From the NCBI GenBank assembly GCA_963820525.1, contig CAWGAA010000003.1, forward strand, positions 448,001-512,000: a stretch of 64,000 nt of DNA. Reading direction: 5' to 3'. Each line of letters opens with the position of its first letter. The first letter of the stretch is position 1. The notes under the pieces are model-generated. The model was not told where the DNA came from. It ran no database searches and worked only from the letters and a program-made list of their open reading frames with translations. Origin of the DNA: an uncultured Spirochaetota bacterium. Its GTDB lineage: Bacteria > Spirochaetota > Spirochaetia > SZUA-6 > Fen-1364. The position numbers and the translations under genes are program-made. Below are positions 19,127 through 30,069 of the stretch, one piece after another.

Positions 19127-20182
19127 TCATGCCGTCAAGGCAAAACGCCGCCTTAAGCTCTTCAGGAAACGAACGCATTCCTCTCGCCGGTGGGAGCATC
19201 CGGCCGGTGCATGCATGGATGCGCTCCCGTTGCGCCCTCTTAACGTCCTGGACGGGCAATAGAGGTTGTCCGCGCGAATGAAATCGAGTGCCGTAAACGG
19301 CAGGAGGGCCAGAGTGTCCATTGGGCATCGACCCTCGATCGCTTCACGGATACTCGTGGAAGAGGCACGGAACGGGAGCCGGCTCACCCAGTGGACATCC
19401 AAAAAAGTCATTACATCCTCTTTCGGTTCGCCGCGCTCGAGAAAAACCACCGACAGCTTTTGCATACGGATGTCCAATCCATCCGCGCGTTCTAAGATCC
19501 CTCGTTCCAACCGCTCGATCGTGTCCGGGCTCCCGGTACGGGGCTGAAGGCGGTGGAAATGATCTCCTCCGGCGATGTAATACGCATCAATCGGTTGCCG
19601 GGGATTCAGGGCAAGCAGCTCGAAAAACCACTCTTCTCCAGGCCGGCTGTCGCCGCAGGCGATCGGCGAGTAGGCGAAAAGGGGGTGGAATATCTTCAAG
19701 ACCTCCACAGCCATCCGGTGGCGAACGCCTTCCGGCGCGAGAAATTGCTTACGGGGATCGGTTCCCGCGATCACATAGATAATCTTGTCCAGGTGGAAGC
19801 GGGCCATGACTTCGAGACCGCTCAGGAGGTGCATCCAGTGCAGAGGGTTGGCAGCCGTAGGGAACACGCCGATGCGCAACCGCCGGACAAAAGGGCCGAC
19901 GTGGGGCGCGCCAGGCGAGAGCCTGAGTGGGTTCCAGGGCATTGCTCCTCCCCTGCGGATGACAGCTGCAATGCGCCCCAGGGCGGAAAGGGTGCCCCTC
20001 TCCAGGGAAGCGAATGCTCCAGTGTCGGCAAAGTCTCCCATGACCTGTCGCATGAGGTGAAGCTCCTCGATGACACTGCGGGCGACGCGGGCGGTGATTG
20101 GCTCGCCGGCTCCTTCGAGAGGCAACCCGAACGCATCCCTTGTCTCGGTATGTCTAATTTGCACTGCTTGCGCGATTGGCAT
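19127..20182 (-). CDS. Cytidyltransferase-fold protein, NadD-like, with atypical HWMH motif
   Basis: RIGVFPTAANPLHWMHL, YYIAGGD and ASSTSIRE resemble NadD motifs; start 20182 chosen from an AAGGAG RBS. Confidence 0.65.
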   Translation of the reverse strand: MPIAQAVQIRHTETRDAFGLPLEGAGEPITARVARSVIEELHLMRQVMGDFADTGAFASLERGTLSALGRIAAVIRRGGAMPWNPLRLSPGAPHVGPFVRRLRIGVFPTAANPLHWMHLLSGLEVMARFHLDKIIYVIAGTDPRKQFLAPEGVRHRMAVEVLKIFHPLFAYSPIACGDSRPGEEWFFELLALNPRQPIDAYYIAGGDHFHRLQPRTGSPDTIERLERGILERADGLDIRMQKLSVVFLERGEPKEDVMTFLDVHWVSRLPFRASSTSIREAIEGRCPMDTLALLPFTALDFIRADNLYCPSRTLRGRNGSASMHAPAGCSHRREECVRFLKSLRRRFALTA

Positions 20183-20290
20183 TGGCTTTTTCTCCTTCCC
20201 CGCTTCTTCTTGAGCGTTGCACCCAGTCACCATGGTAACCGCAAGGTGCTTGAGAAAGGGAGCGTCATTCGGCGGGAAAGGAATAGGCAA

Positions 20291-21970
20291 TTATGCGGGT
20301 CTTCCCAAAGGAATTCGAAGCGTAACACGCGTACCGAGCCCGGGAGCCGCCTTTACCTCCAGTTGGCCTCCGATCAGCAGAGCTCTTTCCCACATTCCGA
20401 TCAGCCCATAGTGGCCCTCAACGCCCAGATCGGAATATTGCTCGGGGAGGACGAATCCGATCCCGTCATCACGCACACTTACGGACACATCCCCGTTCAC
20501 ACCACCAACGTCCACCCACGCGTGGGCCGCCCGTGCGTGGCGCCCGACATTGGAGAGCGCTTCCTGCACGATCCGGTAAACGGCCAATTCATCCCCCGGC
20601 GGAAACCGAAAGGGCGTTGCTTCGACGCTGAAGGACACGGGAATGCCCAGGTTCCTCTCAGCGTCGTGGGCCAGGGCTTCCAGGGCTGGGACAAGGCCAA
20701 GTTCTTCGAGGTAGATAGGACGAAGAGAGCGAGACAGGCGGCGAAGGTCTTCAATGGCTTTCCGGACCGCGCGGCGGAGCTCTTCAAGAAGAGGAGCCTC
20801 GCGGCGATCCCGCTCCCCCATGTTGCACGCGAGGATCTGGATCCGCTGGTCCAGGGCGATCAGGTCCTGGATCGTCTCGTCGTGCAGCTCGCGGGCGAGG
20901 TGCCGCCGTTCTTCTTCTTGAGCGTGGGTCACCTTTGCAGCGTACCCCCTGAGGGCTTGTTGGGCCGAGCGTACGCGTCGATACATGCTGGTGACGCTGC
21001 CTTCCAGCTCGCTTATCTCCGCCACCCCACCTACCGGCTTTTGAGGGGCGTCGAAATCTCCCGCGGCCATGCGTTCAGCCTGCGCCTGGAGAGCGCGCAG
21101 CGGAATCACGATGCGCCGCGCGCCGAACCAGAGAGCGAGCAAGGCGATCCCGAGGGTGGGGGCCATTGCCAATGGCGCGGCCAGAGAAATGCGCAGAAGC
21201 GGGCTTGCCACTCTTTCCCATGGCTCCTCGATCACAAGGGCCCAGGAAAGTGGACGCACCGGACCGTACGCTACCACATGCTCCCCCGTGGGGGTCTGGA
21301 GGAAGGTGGAACCGACTGAGCCTCGAAGCGCCTCGGCCACGCCCACGTGACTGGGCAGATCTTCGGTTGAAGGAGTAGCGCCTACTTCCGCAAGAAGCTG
21401 TGAGTGCTCATCCACGATGAAAGCGCTCTCTTCGCCGCCCATGCGTGCCAGGCCAGGGAGGGACATATGGATCAGGTCAGGGACGGAGAGCGCCGCGGTG
21501 ATGAAGGCGGAGCCCGAGCGAAGCGCCCAAAGGACGAAAGAAATGCCGTCTGAAGAAACCAGGGAGATCTTATAGGCGCCAAGGGGGGCTTTGACAATGA
21601 TAGCCGCCTCTGAAGAAACGCCTGTCGGTAAGGCACCGGCAACGAGACGCCCTTCCTTGTCGAGCAGCGCGAGCGAACCCGGGCTGTCGGAGGTCCCTTC
21701 GCCAAAGCCGCCGAGCGCATGCTCAGGAGTCACGCCTTCTTCGAGCTTCAGGGATACGCCCCGCAGAACCGCCTCCATCCGGAGAAACCTTTCAGAGATT
21801 CCCGCGGATGCGGCTTGCACGGCGCGCTCATCCCGCTCCGCCACCAGCTGGCGCATTGCCTGGCCGTGGAAGCGAACGGAAGCGAAAGAAAGCAATGTGA
21901 CGAGCACTCCAAAGGGAAGGATCAGAAGACCCAGAAGTTGAAAATGCAGCCCCCGAAAACGCAGCCTCAT
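20291..21970 (-). CDS. Sensor histidine kinase (HisKA_3, NarX/UhpB type) with extracytoplasmic sensor and HAMP domain
   Basis: EEERRHLARELHDET H-box; YRIVQEALSNV; DDGIGF; GLIGMWERA; ATG 21970 overlaps the regulator stop. Confidence 0.92.
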   Translation of the reverse strand: MRLRFRGLHFQLLGLLILPFGVLVTLLSFASVRFHGQAMRQLVAERDERAVQAASAGISERFLRMEAVLRGVSLKLEEGVTPEHALGGFGEGTSDSPGSLALLDKEGRLVAGALPTGVSSEAAIIVKAPLGAYKISLVSSDGISFVLWALRSGSAFITAALSVPDLIHMSLPGLARMGGEESAFIVDEHSQLLAEVGATPSTEDLPSHVGVAEALRGSVGSTFLQTPTGEHVVAYGPVRPLSWALVIEEPWERVASPLLRISLAAPLAMAPTLGIALLALWFGARRIVIPLRALQAQAERMAAGDFDAPQKPVGGVAEISELEGSVTSMYRRVRSAQQALRGYAAKVTHAQEEERRHLARELHDETIQDLIALDQRIQILACNMGERDRREAPLLEELRRAVRKAIEDLRRLSRSLRPIYLEELGLVPALEALAHDAERNLGIPVSFSVEATPFRFPPGDELAVYRIVQEALSNVGRHARAAHAWVDVGGVNGDVSVSVRDDGIGFVLPEQYSDLGVEGHYGLIGMWERALLIGGQLEVKAAPGLGTRVTLRIPLGRPA

Positions 21971-22665
21971 TTCTGCTCCATCCGTCCGATCTCGGGCGAG
22001 ATCCAGCCCAGAGAGACGGCGCGCATAACCGCCTCCGTACGACTCGCGGCCAGCAGTTTGTCGCAAATCCTTGCGAGATGGCCCTGAACGGTCCGGTCGC
22101 TGATTCCAAGCATAAAACCGATGCTCTTGTTCGTGTGACCCCTCGCCACCAGGCCGAGCACTTCCAACTCCCGCTCCGTGAGCTTTTCGACAGGAAGGCC
22201 GCCTGCCTCGCCTGAGATATCGGCCATTACCTTGCGGGCGATTGCGGGATCGAGAACGGACCTGCCTTGACTCACTTCGCGCACCGTGCGAACGATTTCA
22301 GCCGCATCGGCGTTCTTCAGAAGAAACCCGCTTGCCCCGGCCTTGAGAGCAGCCCGCACGTAGGGTTCATCGTCATAGGCGGTAAGGACGAGCACTCCCG
22401 TGGAGGGGCAGTTCTCGCGTACCCACGCGGCGATCTCGATTCCGCTTGCTCCGGGCATGCGGATATCGAGAATCGCCACATCGGGCCGCAGGTCTCTGAT
22501 GGCTGCCATTGCGGTCGGTCCATCGCCCGCTTCAGCAAGGATCGTGATCCCTGCCGATTCGAGGAAGCCGCGGATTCCCGCCCTCACCGCCGCATGGTCA
22601 TCCGCGAGTACGACACTGATGGGTTCAGGCGCCGAGCGAGCCGTCACGGACACATCGTCTTTCAA
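21967..22665 (-). CDS. NarL/LuxR-family response regulator
   Basis: VVLADDH, LDIRMP and LTERELEVL..TNKSIG..SDRTVQGH; exact start uncertain. Confidence 0.93.
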   Translation of the reverse strand: MKDDVSVTARSAPEPISVVLADDHAAVRAGIRGFLESAGITILAEAGDGPTAMAAIRDLRPDVAILDIRMPGASGIEIAAWVRENCPSTGVLVLTAYDDEPYVRAALKAGASGFLLKNADAAEIVRTVREVSQGRSVLDPAIARKVMADISGEAGGLPVEKLTERELEVLGLVARGHTNKSIGFMLGISDRTVQGHLARICDKLLAASRTEAVMRAVSLGWISPEIGRMEQK

Positions 22666-22726
22666 TCTCTTCAGCCTCCACGGCAGGCGCGCATACGCTG
22701 CTTTCTCCCGTGTACATGTTCTTTGG

Positions 22727-22748
22727 ATACCCTACCATGGTGGGGTAT
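22727..22748. promoter_or_regulatory. Putative CsoR operator 2
   Basis: ATACCCTACC-AT-GGTGGGGTAT between the divergent regulator and copA. Confidence 0.85.
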
Positions 22749-22896
22749 TCGAGACAAGAGGCCGCACCCGCATATCGAGGTTCAGCCGGCAGGCTTATTT
22801 GCCTACAGGCCCCGGCAAGGAAAATCGAGTAAATTCAAGAGGTCGTCGACACGAGCCCCACGAAGAGCGCCTCGCCCTGGCAGAGCGCCATATTGA

Positions 22897-25449
22897 ATGG
22901 AGGTCACAATGGTTGTTGATGTCGAGAAAATGTTGCGCTTCACCTTTTCAGCCACCACGGGCGTCCGCTCGGAGGCACCTGTCGCGCGTCTAGATATCCC
23001 GATCTCCGAACCGGCGGGAGACAAAGCCGGTAGAAACCTCGAAACTGCCGTTCGCGCCGCAAGGGGCGTCCAGAGGGTTTTTTTCAACCCCACCATGAAA
23101 AAACTTTCCGTCTGGTATCTAACCCGGGAAACGGGCGCAGTCGAAGTCTACCATGCCGTAAAGGAGGCCGGCTACGATACAGGCACCCAAAGCCTGCGCC
23201 TTCATATAAGGGGCATCTACTGCTCGGGATGCATCAGAATCATCGAGGATGCTTTGAAAAGCGTCCCCGGAGTGGAGGCGGCAACCCTCAATCCGGCTAC
23301 ATCGGAAGCCACGATCCAGTACCGGCCGCAGTCAACGGACCTCGCCCGATTGGAGAAAGCCGTTGAATCCCTGGGCATGTACACCGCGACACCGGCCCCC
23401 GGCGACAGCCCGGAGGAAGCGCGAAAAGAAAAGGACGACTCGGATAAGGAATACAGGACCCTCATGCGCAAATGGTGGTTCGCGGCATGCATAGGCTTGG
23501 TGACGATGATCTTCTCCTACCCCCAGCTTTTCCCCGGCCTGCGCGATCTTCTGCCAAAAGGAAGCCTTCAACTGCGTTACTTGTGGATGGGCATGGGGGC
23601 GGGATCGCTTGCTGTGATGATTTTCAGCGGCAGCCAGTTCTTTACGGGGATGTGGCAGTCTCTAAAGCATAGAACCGCCAACATGCACACGCTGATAGCC
23701 ATCGGAACCGGAGTAGCATGGATCTATTCGACGATTGCCGTCTTCTTTCCCCGGATCTTTCCGTCGCCTGAAATGGCGGACGTATACTACGACGTTACCG
23801 TGGTCGTGACCGGGCTCGTTGTCCTGGGGCTCGCCCTGGAAGTGAAGGCCAAGGGCAGGACGAGCGAGGCGATACGCAAGCTCATCGGGCTTCAGCCGAA
23901 AACGGCCCGGGTGATCAGGGACGGGAAAGAATCCGACATTGCCGTGGAGGAGGTGCTGGTGGGCGACACGGTGGTCATGCGGCCCGGCGAAAAGGTACCT
24001 GTGGATGGGCTCGTCGAAAGCGGCAGCTCGTCCGTGGACGAGTCGATGATCACCGGGGAAAGCATCCCCGTGGAAAAGCGGGAAGGCGACGAGGTGATCG
24101 GAGCCACCATCAACAAGACGGGATCCTTTCGGTTTCGCGCCACCAAGGTCGGCAAGGACACGGTTCTCTCCAACATCATCCGGATGGTCAAAGACGCCCA
24201 AGCCACCAAAGTCCCCATCCAGAGGATCGTGGACGTGGTGGCGAGCTATTTCACCCCCGCGGTCATCATCCTTGCCATAGCGGGTTTCGTCATCTGGTAC
24301 GACTTCGGTCCGCCGCCCGCGCTGAGCTATGCCATTATCATCGCCGTCACCACCCTCATCATTGCCTGCCCCTGCGCCCTGGGCATGGCAACTCCCATGT
24401 CGCTCACGACCGGTATCGGTCTAGGGGCGGTTACCGGCATCCTCATCCGCGGAGGAGAGTCTCTCCAAACGGCCAAGGCTCTGGATGCCGTTATCCTGGA
24501 CAAGACCGGCACCATCACCCACGGAAAGCCGGCGCTTACGGACATCCGCGCAATCGGGATGGAAGAAAATGAACTGCTCGCCCTGGCTGCTTCCGTGGAA
24601 AAAGGCTCCGAGCATCCCCTGGCATCCGCTGTCGTCGAAGCGGCCGAGGCGAGGGGCATATCCACGCCCTCCGTCTCGAGCTTCAACGCACTCCCCGGCA
24701 GGGGCGTGGAGGCGATGGCGGGCGGTCGGGCGATTCTTCTGGGCAATGCGAAACTGATGCGGGAGAAGGGCGTGGAGGCGGATTCTCTGGAGGAGGAGGC
24801 GCGGAGACTCGCCGGCGAAGGAAAAACCCCTCTTCACGTTGCGGTGGACGGCAGGAGCGCGGGCATTCTCGCTGTTGCCGACACGGTGAAGGAAGATTCC
24901 GCGCGGGCGATTCGGGCGCTTTCCCGCATGGGGATAGAGGTGGTGATGATCACTGGAGACAACGAGAGAACCGCGCTCGCCGTTGCAAAGCAGGTGGGCA
25001 TTACGAGGGTGCTCGCGGAAGTGCTTCCCCAGGACAAGGCGCACAACGTGCAGAAGCTCCAGCAGGAGGGCAAGAAGGTGGGCATGGTGGGGGATGGGAT
25101 CAACGACGCTCCCGCTCTTGCCCAGGCGGACGTCGGATTCGCTATCGGAACGGGAACCGACGTGGCGATCGAAGCGAGCGATATCACCCTCATCAAGGGA
25201 AGCCTCCAGGGGGTCGCTACGGCGATCCAGATCAGCGCGGCGACGATGCGGAACGTCTTCCAGAACCTCATTGGCGCGTTCCTCTACAACACCCTCGGGA
25301 TCCCTATTGCCATGGGGCTCCTCTATCCATTCTTCGGGATTCTGCTCTCGCCGCTCCTGGCTGCGGCGGCCATGTCTTTCAGCTCAGTCACGGTAATCGG
25401 CAACGCCAACCGGCTGAAACTGTGGAAACCGAGAGGAGGGCGCGCATGA
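22897..25449 (+). CDS. copA: Cu(I)-translocating P1B-type ATPase
   Basis: CSGC metal-binding domain (a preceding HMA-like domain lacks CxxC); [26 protein letters not shown] and MSFSS motifs. Confidence 0.95.
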   Translation: MEVTMVVDVEKMLRFTFSATTGVRSEAPVARLDIPISEPAGDKAGRNLETAVRAARGVQRVFFNPTMKKLSVWYLTRETGAVEVYHAVKEAGYDTGTQSLRLHIRGIYCSGCIRIIEDALKSVPGVEAATLNPATSEATIQYRPQSTDLARLEKAVESLGMYTATPAPGDSPEEARKEKDDSDKEYRTLMRKWWFAACIGLVTMIFSYPQLFPGLRDLLPKGSLQLRYLWMGMGAGSLAVMIFSGSQFFTGMWQSLKHRTANMHTLIAIGTGVAWIYSTIAVFFPRIFPSPEMADVYYDVTVVVTGLVVLGLALEVKAKGRTSEAIRKLIGLQPKTARVIRDGKESDIAVEEVLVGDTVVMRPGEKVPVDGLVESGSSSVDESMITGESIPVEKREGDEVIGATINKTGSFRFRATKVGKDTVLSNIIRMVKDAQATKVPIQRIVDVVASYFTPAVIILAIAGFVIWYDFGPPPALSYAIIIAVTTLIIACPCALGMATPMSLTTGIGLGAVTGILIRGGESLQTAKALDAVILDKTGTITHGKPALTDIRAIGMEENELLALAASVEKGSEHPLASAVVEAAEARGISTPSVSSFNALPGRGVEAMAGGRAILLGNAKLMREKGVEADSLEEEARRLAGEGKTPLHVAVDGRSAGILAVADTVKEDSARAIRALSRMGIEVVMITGDNERTALAVAKQVGITRVLAEVLPQDKAHNVQKLQQEGKKVGMVGDGINDAPALAQADVGFAIGTGTDVAIEASDITLIKGSLQGVATAIQISAATMRNVFQNLIGAFLYNTLGIPIAMGLLYPFFGILLSPLLAAAAMSFSSVTVIGNANRLKLWKPRGGRA

Positions 25450-25823
25450 GCATCGACAGAATAATCGTGACCCTTGCGGGCTTCGGCGTCGCGGCATTCG
25501 TCGTCTGGTTCTTCTGGCTCGTGAAAAAGCGCGGGGTCAAGTCCTCGCTCACCTCCTCCGGGTACCAGGAGGCGATGGTCGTGGTGAAGGGCGGCTACAC
25601 TCCGGATGTGATCGTGGTGGAGCACGGAAGGCCGGTGCGGCTTTCCTTCCGGCGCGATGAGACCGCTTCCTGCTCGGAAATGGTCATCTTCCCCGACTTC
25701 AATAAGTCCGCCGAGCTTCCCCAGGGCAAAGTCGTGCCCGTCGAGCTCCTGCCCGACAAGCCGGGCGAATACGAGTTCCACTGTCAGATGGGGATGTTCC
25801 GCGGAAAACTTATTGTCGAATGA
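25446..25823 (+). CDS. Membrane-anchored cupredoxin-domain copper chaperone (CupA-like)
   Basis: ATGA overlap with copA; N-terminal TM; GGYTPD, CSEMV and FHCQMGM. Confidence 0.88.
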   Translation: MSIDRIIVTLAGFGVAAFVVWFFWLVKKRGVKSSLTSSGYQEAMVVVKGGYTPDVIVVEHGRPVRLSFRRDETASCSEMVIFPDFNKSAELPQGKVVPVELLPDKPGEYEFHCQMGMFRGKLIVE

Positions 25824-25842
25824 TCCAGAGAGGAGTCTCCGA

Positions 25843-28262
25843 ATGATAGATCGAACGGCGAACCCCGGGGTCTGGCTCGCCCTTCCCGCCCTGTCGTTTA
25901 TCAGCTACAGCGTTCTGACCTTCGAAGTCTCGCTGACACGGATTTTTTCCGTGATTCTCAGCTATCACTTCGTTTTCGCGATAGTATCCGCGGCGCTTCT
26001 CGGCCTGGGACTCGGCGGGATGTTCCTCAAGAGCTGGCAGCACGCCCTCCCCGCCTCCCACTCGCGTTTCAGCGCCACCCTTTTCGCGCTTCTGGTGGCC
26101 GCGTCCATCCTGGTGATCATATACCTGCCGATCTACAATTCGAACGCTCTGGCCGGCGGCGGTTTCTGGCTGTACCTGCTGCTCGCCACCCTCCCGTTTC
26201 TCGCGGCGGGGCTCGCCATTTCCTCAATGTTCCAGCAGTTCGCGGGCAAAGGCTCATTGTCGTACGCGGCGGATCTCCTGGGAGCCACCCTCGGTGCGCT
26301 CACGGTCGTTCCGCTGCTCGACTCCCTTGGCGGTGTGAATGCGGTTTTCTTTGCAGCCGCGGCCGCCGGGCTCGGCGCCGTCATTCTGGGATGGTCCCAG
26401 GTCAGGTTCCCCGTCTTCGCGGTCGTCTCATTTCTCGCCCTCGGCTCCCTGGTGACGGTGCTCGCCACAACGGGCGTACAGGTGCCCGTCCCGGTGGGCA
26501 AGGACCGGAAAAGGAGATGTACGAGTTCCTGGCCAACCCTTCAATAAAGGCCGGCATCGTGGAGAGCCGCTGGAGCTCCTTTGGCAGAACTGATCTCGTA
26601 AAGAGCGAGCTCCTGCCCAATGAAATGACTCTCTTCGTTGACGGAGCGGCGGGTTCCGTGATGTACAACTTGGACGCGCTTCGAAAGAATCCTCAGGAGG
26701 CCGCGCACCTGACGCTCCACTATGGAGAGTTCTTCCCCTTCTTGTTCATCCCGGAAACCGAGAAACAGTCCGCCCTCATCATCGGCCCGGGCGGCGGCAG
26801 GGACGTCGTGGTTGCCCTGCTTGGCGGCGCGAAATCCATCACCGCCGTCGAGGTGAACCCGGACGTCGTGGACATTGTCAAGAGGTACCAGGATTTCAAC
26901 GGAGGCCTCTATACGCGGCTTCCGAACGTACAGGTGGTGGTCGCGGAGGGCAGAAATTACGTTCGAGCTTCCGATAAGCGCTACGACCTCATCATGCTCG
27001 CCATCCCTATAACAAAAAGCTCACGCAGCGTCGAGGGGTACGCGCTTACCGAAAACTACCTGTTCACAGTGGAAGCCTTCCAGGACTACCTCAGCCATCT
27101 CACGCCCCAGGGCCGGATCATCATCGTCGCGCACAACAACGCGGAGATCTACCGGCTCATTTTCATGGCAGTGGAGGCGTTCGGATCCCGCGGAATACCG
27201 CAGGCGGACGCAATGAAGAGGATCTATACCGTGGCTTCGGAGATGATGCCGGCCGTAGTCATCAAGGGGGAGCCCCTCACCCCTGAGGAGGCCGATGCCG
27301 TCCACGCAGGAATGCACAACCTCGGTTTCGACATGAATAGCTCCTACATTCCCTATGTGAAGCAGGACACGATTCCACCGAATACGCGGCTCGACCTGGA
27401 GGAAAACCAGCGGATGTTCGATCAGATCCTCGAGGAAATCTCAGCCGGAAAGATGAGCATAAGCGCACTCGTTCACGCCGCGAACAAGGATATAAGCCCG
27501 GTCACCGACAACAGGCCCTTTTTCTACAAGTTCGAGAGGGGTCTGCCCAATCCTTTCGGAGCGTTCGCTTTTCTTCTTGTCGTTGCCGCAGTGGCTCTTT
27601 CCGTCCTGGTCTTCTCCCGGCGGAGGGCAAACACGGATACCTCCACGTTCCGGGGAGCGCTCCTCGAATGGCCCTCCCTGAAACTCTTTCTGCTCCTGTT
27701 CTCCGCCATCGGCGTCGGATACATGCTGATCGAAATTGCATTCTTTCAGAAGCTGATGCTCTTCATTGGACAGCCGCAGCTCGCCCTCACGGTCCTTCTC
27801 TTCTCTCTCCTTCTGGGAAGCGGGTTTGGAAGCCTGGCCAGCTCCCTGGTTCGGCGGAATGTTTACCGGGTTATCGGAGGAATCGCGATTGCGGTTGCGC
27901 TCGCCACCGTGCTTTTGGCCTTATTGTTCCCACGGGTATTCAGCCTGGGTCTGGATCCGAAGGCGGCCGCGGCGGCGATGCTCATCCCGCTCGGGATCCT
28001 CATGGGGTTCCCGTTTCCCCTCGCCGTCCGGCTGATGGATGCGAGCGGCTTTGGAGACCACGTTTACCTCATGTGGGGCGTGAACGGCATCGCATCGGTT
28101 CTCGGCTCCGCCCTCTCCATGATCGTAGGGATCATGGGAGGGTTCTCCAATGCGCTATTCCTTGGGGCGATCCTTTACGCGTGCGCGGCCGCGCTGGCCC
28201 TGGCCTTGCCGGCCGGGAAAGCGCGGGCCGCCCGGAAGAATCAGAGAGAATCGGCGCCATGA
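25843..28262 (+). pseudogene. Multi-TM spermidine-synthase-like SAM-binding membrane protein, split by a 1-bp frameshift at ~26505
   Basis: N-part 25843-26547 (LTRIFSVILSYHF, YAADLLGA); C-part has ALIIGPGGGRDV, AVEVNP, EGRNYV, ENYLFTVEAF and ISPVTDNRPFF; adding one C at GAC-C(C)G restores GKDPEKEMY. Confidence 0.8.
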
Positions 28263-28292
28263 TAGCGGTGGTGGAGGCACTGTAGGAAAGAG

Positions 28293-28997
28293 CTATTCAA
28301 GCTCTTTCATATCGACAAACCGCCCATGCCAGGTGTGGTACCAAACCTGGCCGGTATACCCGTTCACTCCCAACATCCCAAAGGTCTTTCCGTCCTTCAG
28401 CACGTGGATTGTATAGTAGCCATAGAATGCGTCCGCGCCTTCCTCGACTTTCAAACCGGCCCTCTGCGCGTCCAAAGACTTCTGGGCAAGCTCGCGGGCC
28501 TTGGCAGGGGTAATGGGCATTTTCGACTGCTGCTCCGGTTGATAGAGGCCGCTCATCATGGCTCCCGTCATCATGCCGTATTTCTGGTTCCACATCATAT
28601 TCGGCCCCGGCTCGTTGAAAACCGCGCCTGTATACTTGTTCAGAAGAAGCTCGAATGCCTTCATGCCCGAGCTCTTCTCCGCAACCTCTACATAGAAGTG
28701 GTTTGAAAACTCCATTACCTCGCTTAATTTCAGGTCGTCATTGCCCCATGCGGCGAGGTATTTGCGGGCCTGCTCGACCGCCCGATCCAGTGTCATCGGC
28801 TGAGCCCCGGGCGGGATGTAATCCCAACCGCCCATCATACCGCCGCCCATCATTCCACCGCCCCATGCGCCTCCAGGGCCGCCTCCCATCATGCCGCCTC
28901 CCGGACCGCCCATCATGCTCTGCGCCGAGATGCCCGTGGGCGCAATCATTGCGAGGGCGAGAAAACCTGTAAAAAACGCTCTCTTCATCTGAATCAT
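28293..28997 (-). CDS. Exported Met/Gly-rich protein with PepSY-like repeats
   Basis: Signal peptide; MMGG repeats; FELLLNKYTG and LGVNGYTGQVWYHTWHG; AAGGAG RBS 7 nt before ATG 28997. Confidence 0.7.
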   Translation of the reverse strand: MIQMKRAFFTGFLALAMIAPTGISAQSMMGGPGGGMMGGGPGGAWGGGMMGGGMMGGWDYIPPGAQPMTLDRAVEQARKYLAAWGNDDLKLSEVMEFSNHFYVEVAEKSSGMKAFELLLNKYTGAVFNEPGPNMMWNQKYGMMTGAMMSGLYQPEQQSKMPITPAKARELAQKSLDAQRAGLKVEEGADAFYGYYTIHVLKDGKTFGMLGVNGYTGQVWYHTWHGRFVDMKELE

Positions 28998-29131
28998 CCT
29001 GTTACTCCTTCCATAGTCGGCCTCGCGCGGGCAGATATGCGAATGCACCGTGCCCGCTTCAAGAAAAGGAGACCGGCCTGTGCCTTGGGCCGGTCTCCAA
29101 AGCGTCGACTTTCCCGTCATATGCCCTTTGT

Positions 29132-29296
29132 CTACGCGTGGCCATAGCGGTGCGGGTCGACGTCGAACGTCTTCGCACAGCCAGGCGAGCAGAAGTAGAA
29201 GGTCTGTCCCTCATGAGTTCTTGCCGCCGCGGCCTTCTTCGGGTCGATCTGCATCCCGCAGACCGGGTCTGTTGCCAGCCCTTCGCTTTCCTTCAT
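29132..29296 (-). CDS. YHS-domain protein (54 aa, not in ORF track)
   Basis: MKESEGLATDPVCGMQIDPKKAAAARTHEGQTFYFCSPGCAKTFDVDPHRYGHA; ATGA overlap with the upstream gene. Confidence 0.92.
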   Translation of the reverse strand: MKESEGLATDPVCGMQIDPKKAAAARTHEGQTFYFCSPGCAKTFDVDPHRYGHA

Positions 29297-30069
29297 TTCT
29301 TACCTCCCATGGTAGCGATTGATAATCCCGCCTTTTCCCAGGCGCTCATGCCTCCTTCGAGATTGAAAACATTCGTATATCCGGCTTTCACAAGTTCCCG
29401 CGCCGCAATGTCGGACATGCGTCCGCTTCTGCAATACACGACGATCTTCGCGGTTCTATCCGCCGGGTACGCCTTGATCCTGGCTATGGTCTGATCGTAG
29501 GGGATGAAAGCGTCGGTGGGGGCGATTTCCCCTTCATAGAGAACATGGACATTTATAAAGAAGAAATCTTTCCCTTTCAGCATCTGATTGAGCTCGGCCG
29601 GCGTGACGTTCATGTACGACCCTTTCTCAACGCGAACGAGAGTGCCGCCGGTCGAAACCTTGCCGGCGCCCTTCCATGTGAAACTGATGTCCTTTCCTCC
29701 CCCCACGCCTTTCATGGTGAGCGTCAGCGAACCCTCCGCCCTGAGCGGGCCCGCGGGAAAAGAGAGTCTTCCCGACACGTGGTGTCCCCCCTTCCCGCCG
29801 CTCCAGGCCGACGCAGACTCCTCGTTCCCCTTCTCGCTTCTGAGACTCGCGATGCTCGTCATATCAAACGCCAGATTGTAGGAATGGGTATCCATTATCA
29901 CCTGAAAGTCGATTGTCGGAGCCGCAACGTCCTCCAGATTGACGGGGGTGACAATGACCGTCACACCCCCCGCCTCCGCTGCTCGCTTGAGCCCCGCATC
30001 GTCTTGCGCCACAGCCGATGCCGCGCCCAGGACGGCGAAAGCTCCCACCAGAACAAGAATCCGGTTCAT
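29293..30069 (-). CDS. Exported protein with His-containing N-terminal domain and C-terminal rhodanese domain
   Basis: Start 30069 (MNRILVLVG, signal peptide, ATGA overlap); MDTHS and GGHH; IVVYCRSGRMS..NLEGGMSAW. Confidence 0.85.
   Translation of the reverse strand: MNRILVLVGAFAVLGAASAVAQDDAGLKRAAEAGGVTVIVTPVNLEDVAAPTIDFQVIMDTHSYNLAFDMTSIASLRSEKGNEESASAWSGGKGGHHVSGRLSFPAGPLRAEGSLTLTMKGVGGGKDISFTWKGAGKVSTGGTLVRVEKGSYMNVTPAELNQMLKGKDFFFINVHVLYEGEIAPTDAFIPYDQTIARIKAYPADRTAKIVVYCRSGRMSDIAARELVKAGYTNVFNLEGGMSAWEKAGLSIATMGGKK

Noticed and set aside
26495..26520. Programmed -1 ribosomal frameshift
   Set aside because: The zero-frame codons CGG AAA AGG do not form an X XXY YYZ or A AAG slippery site; a 1-bp deletion is the simpler explanation.
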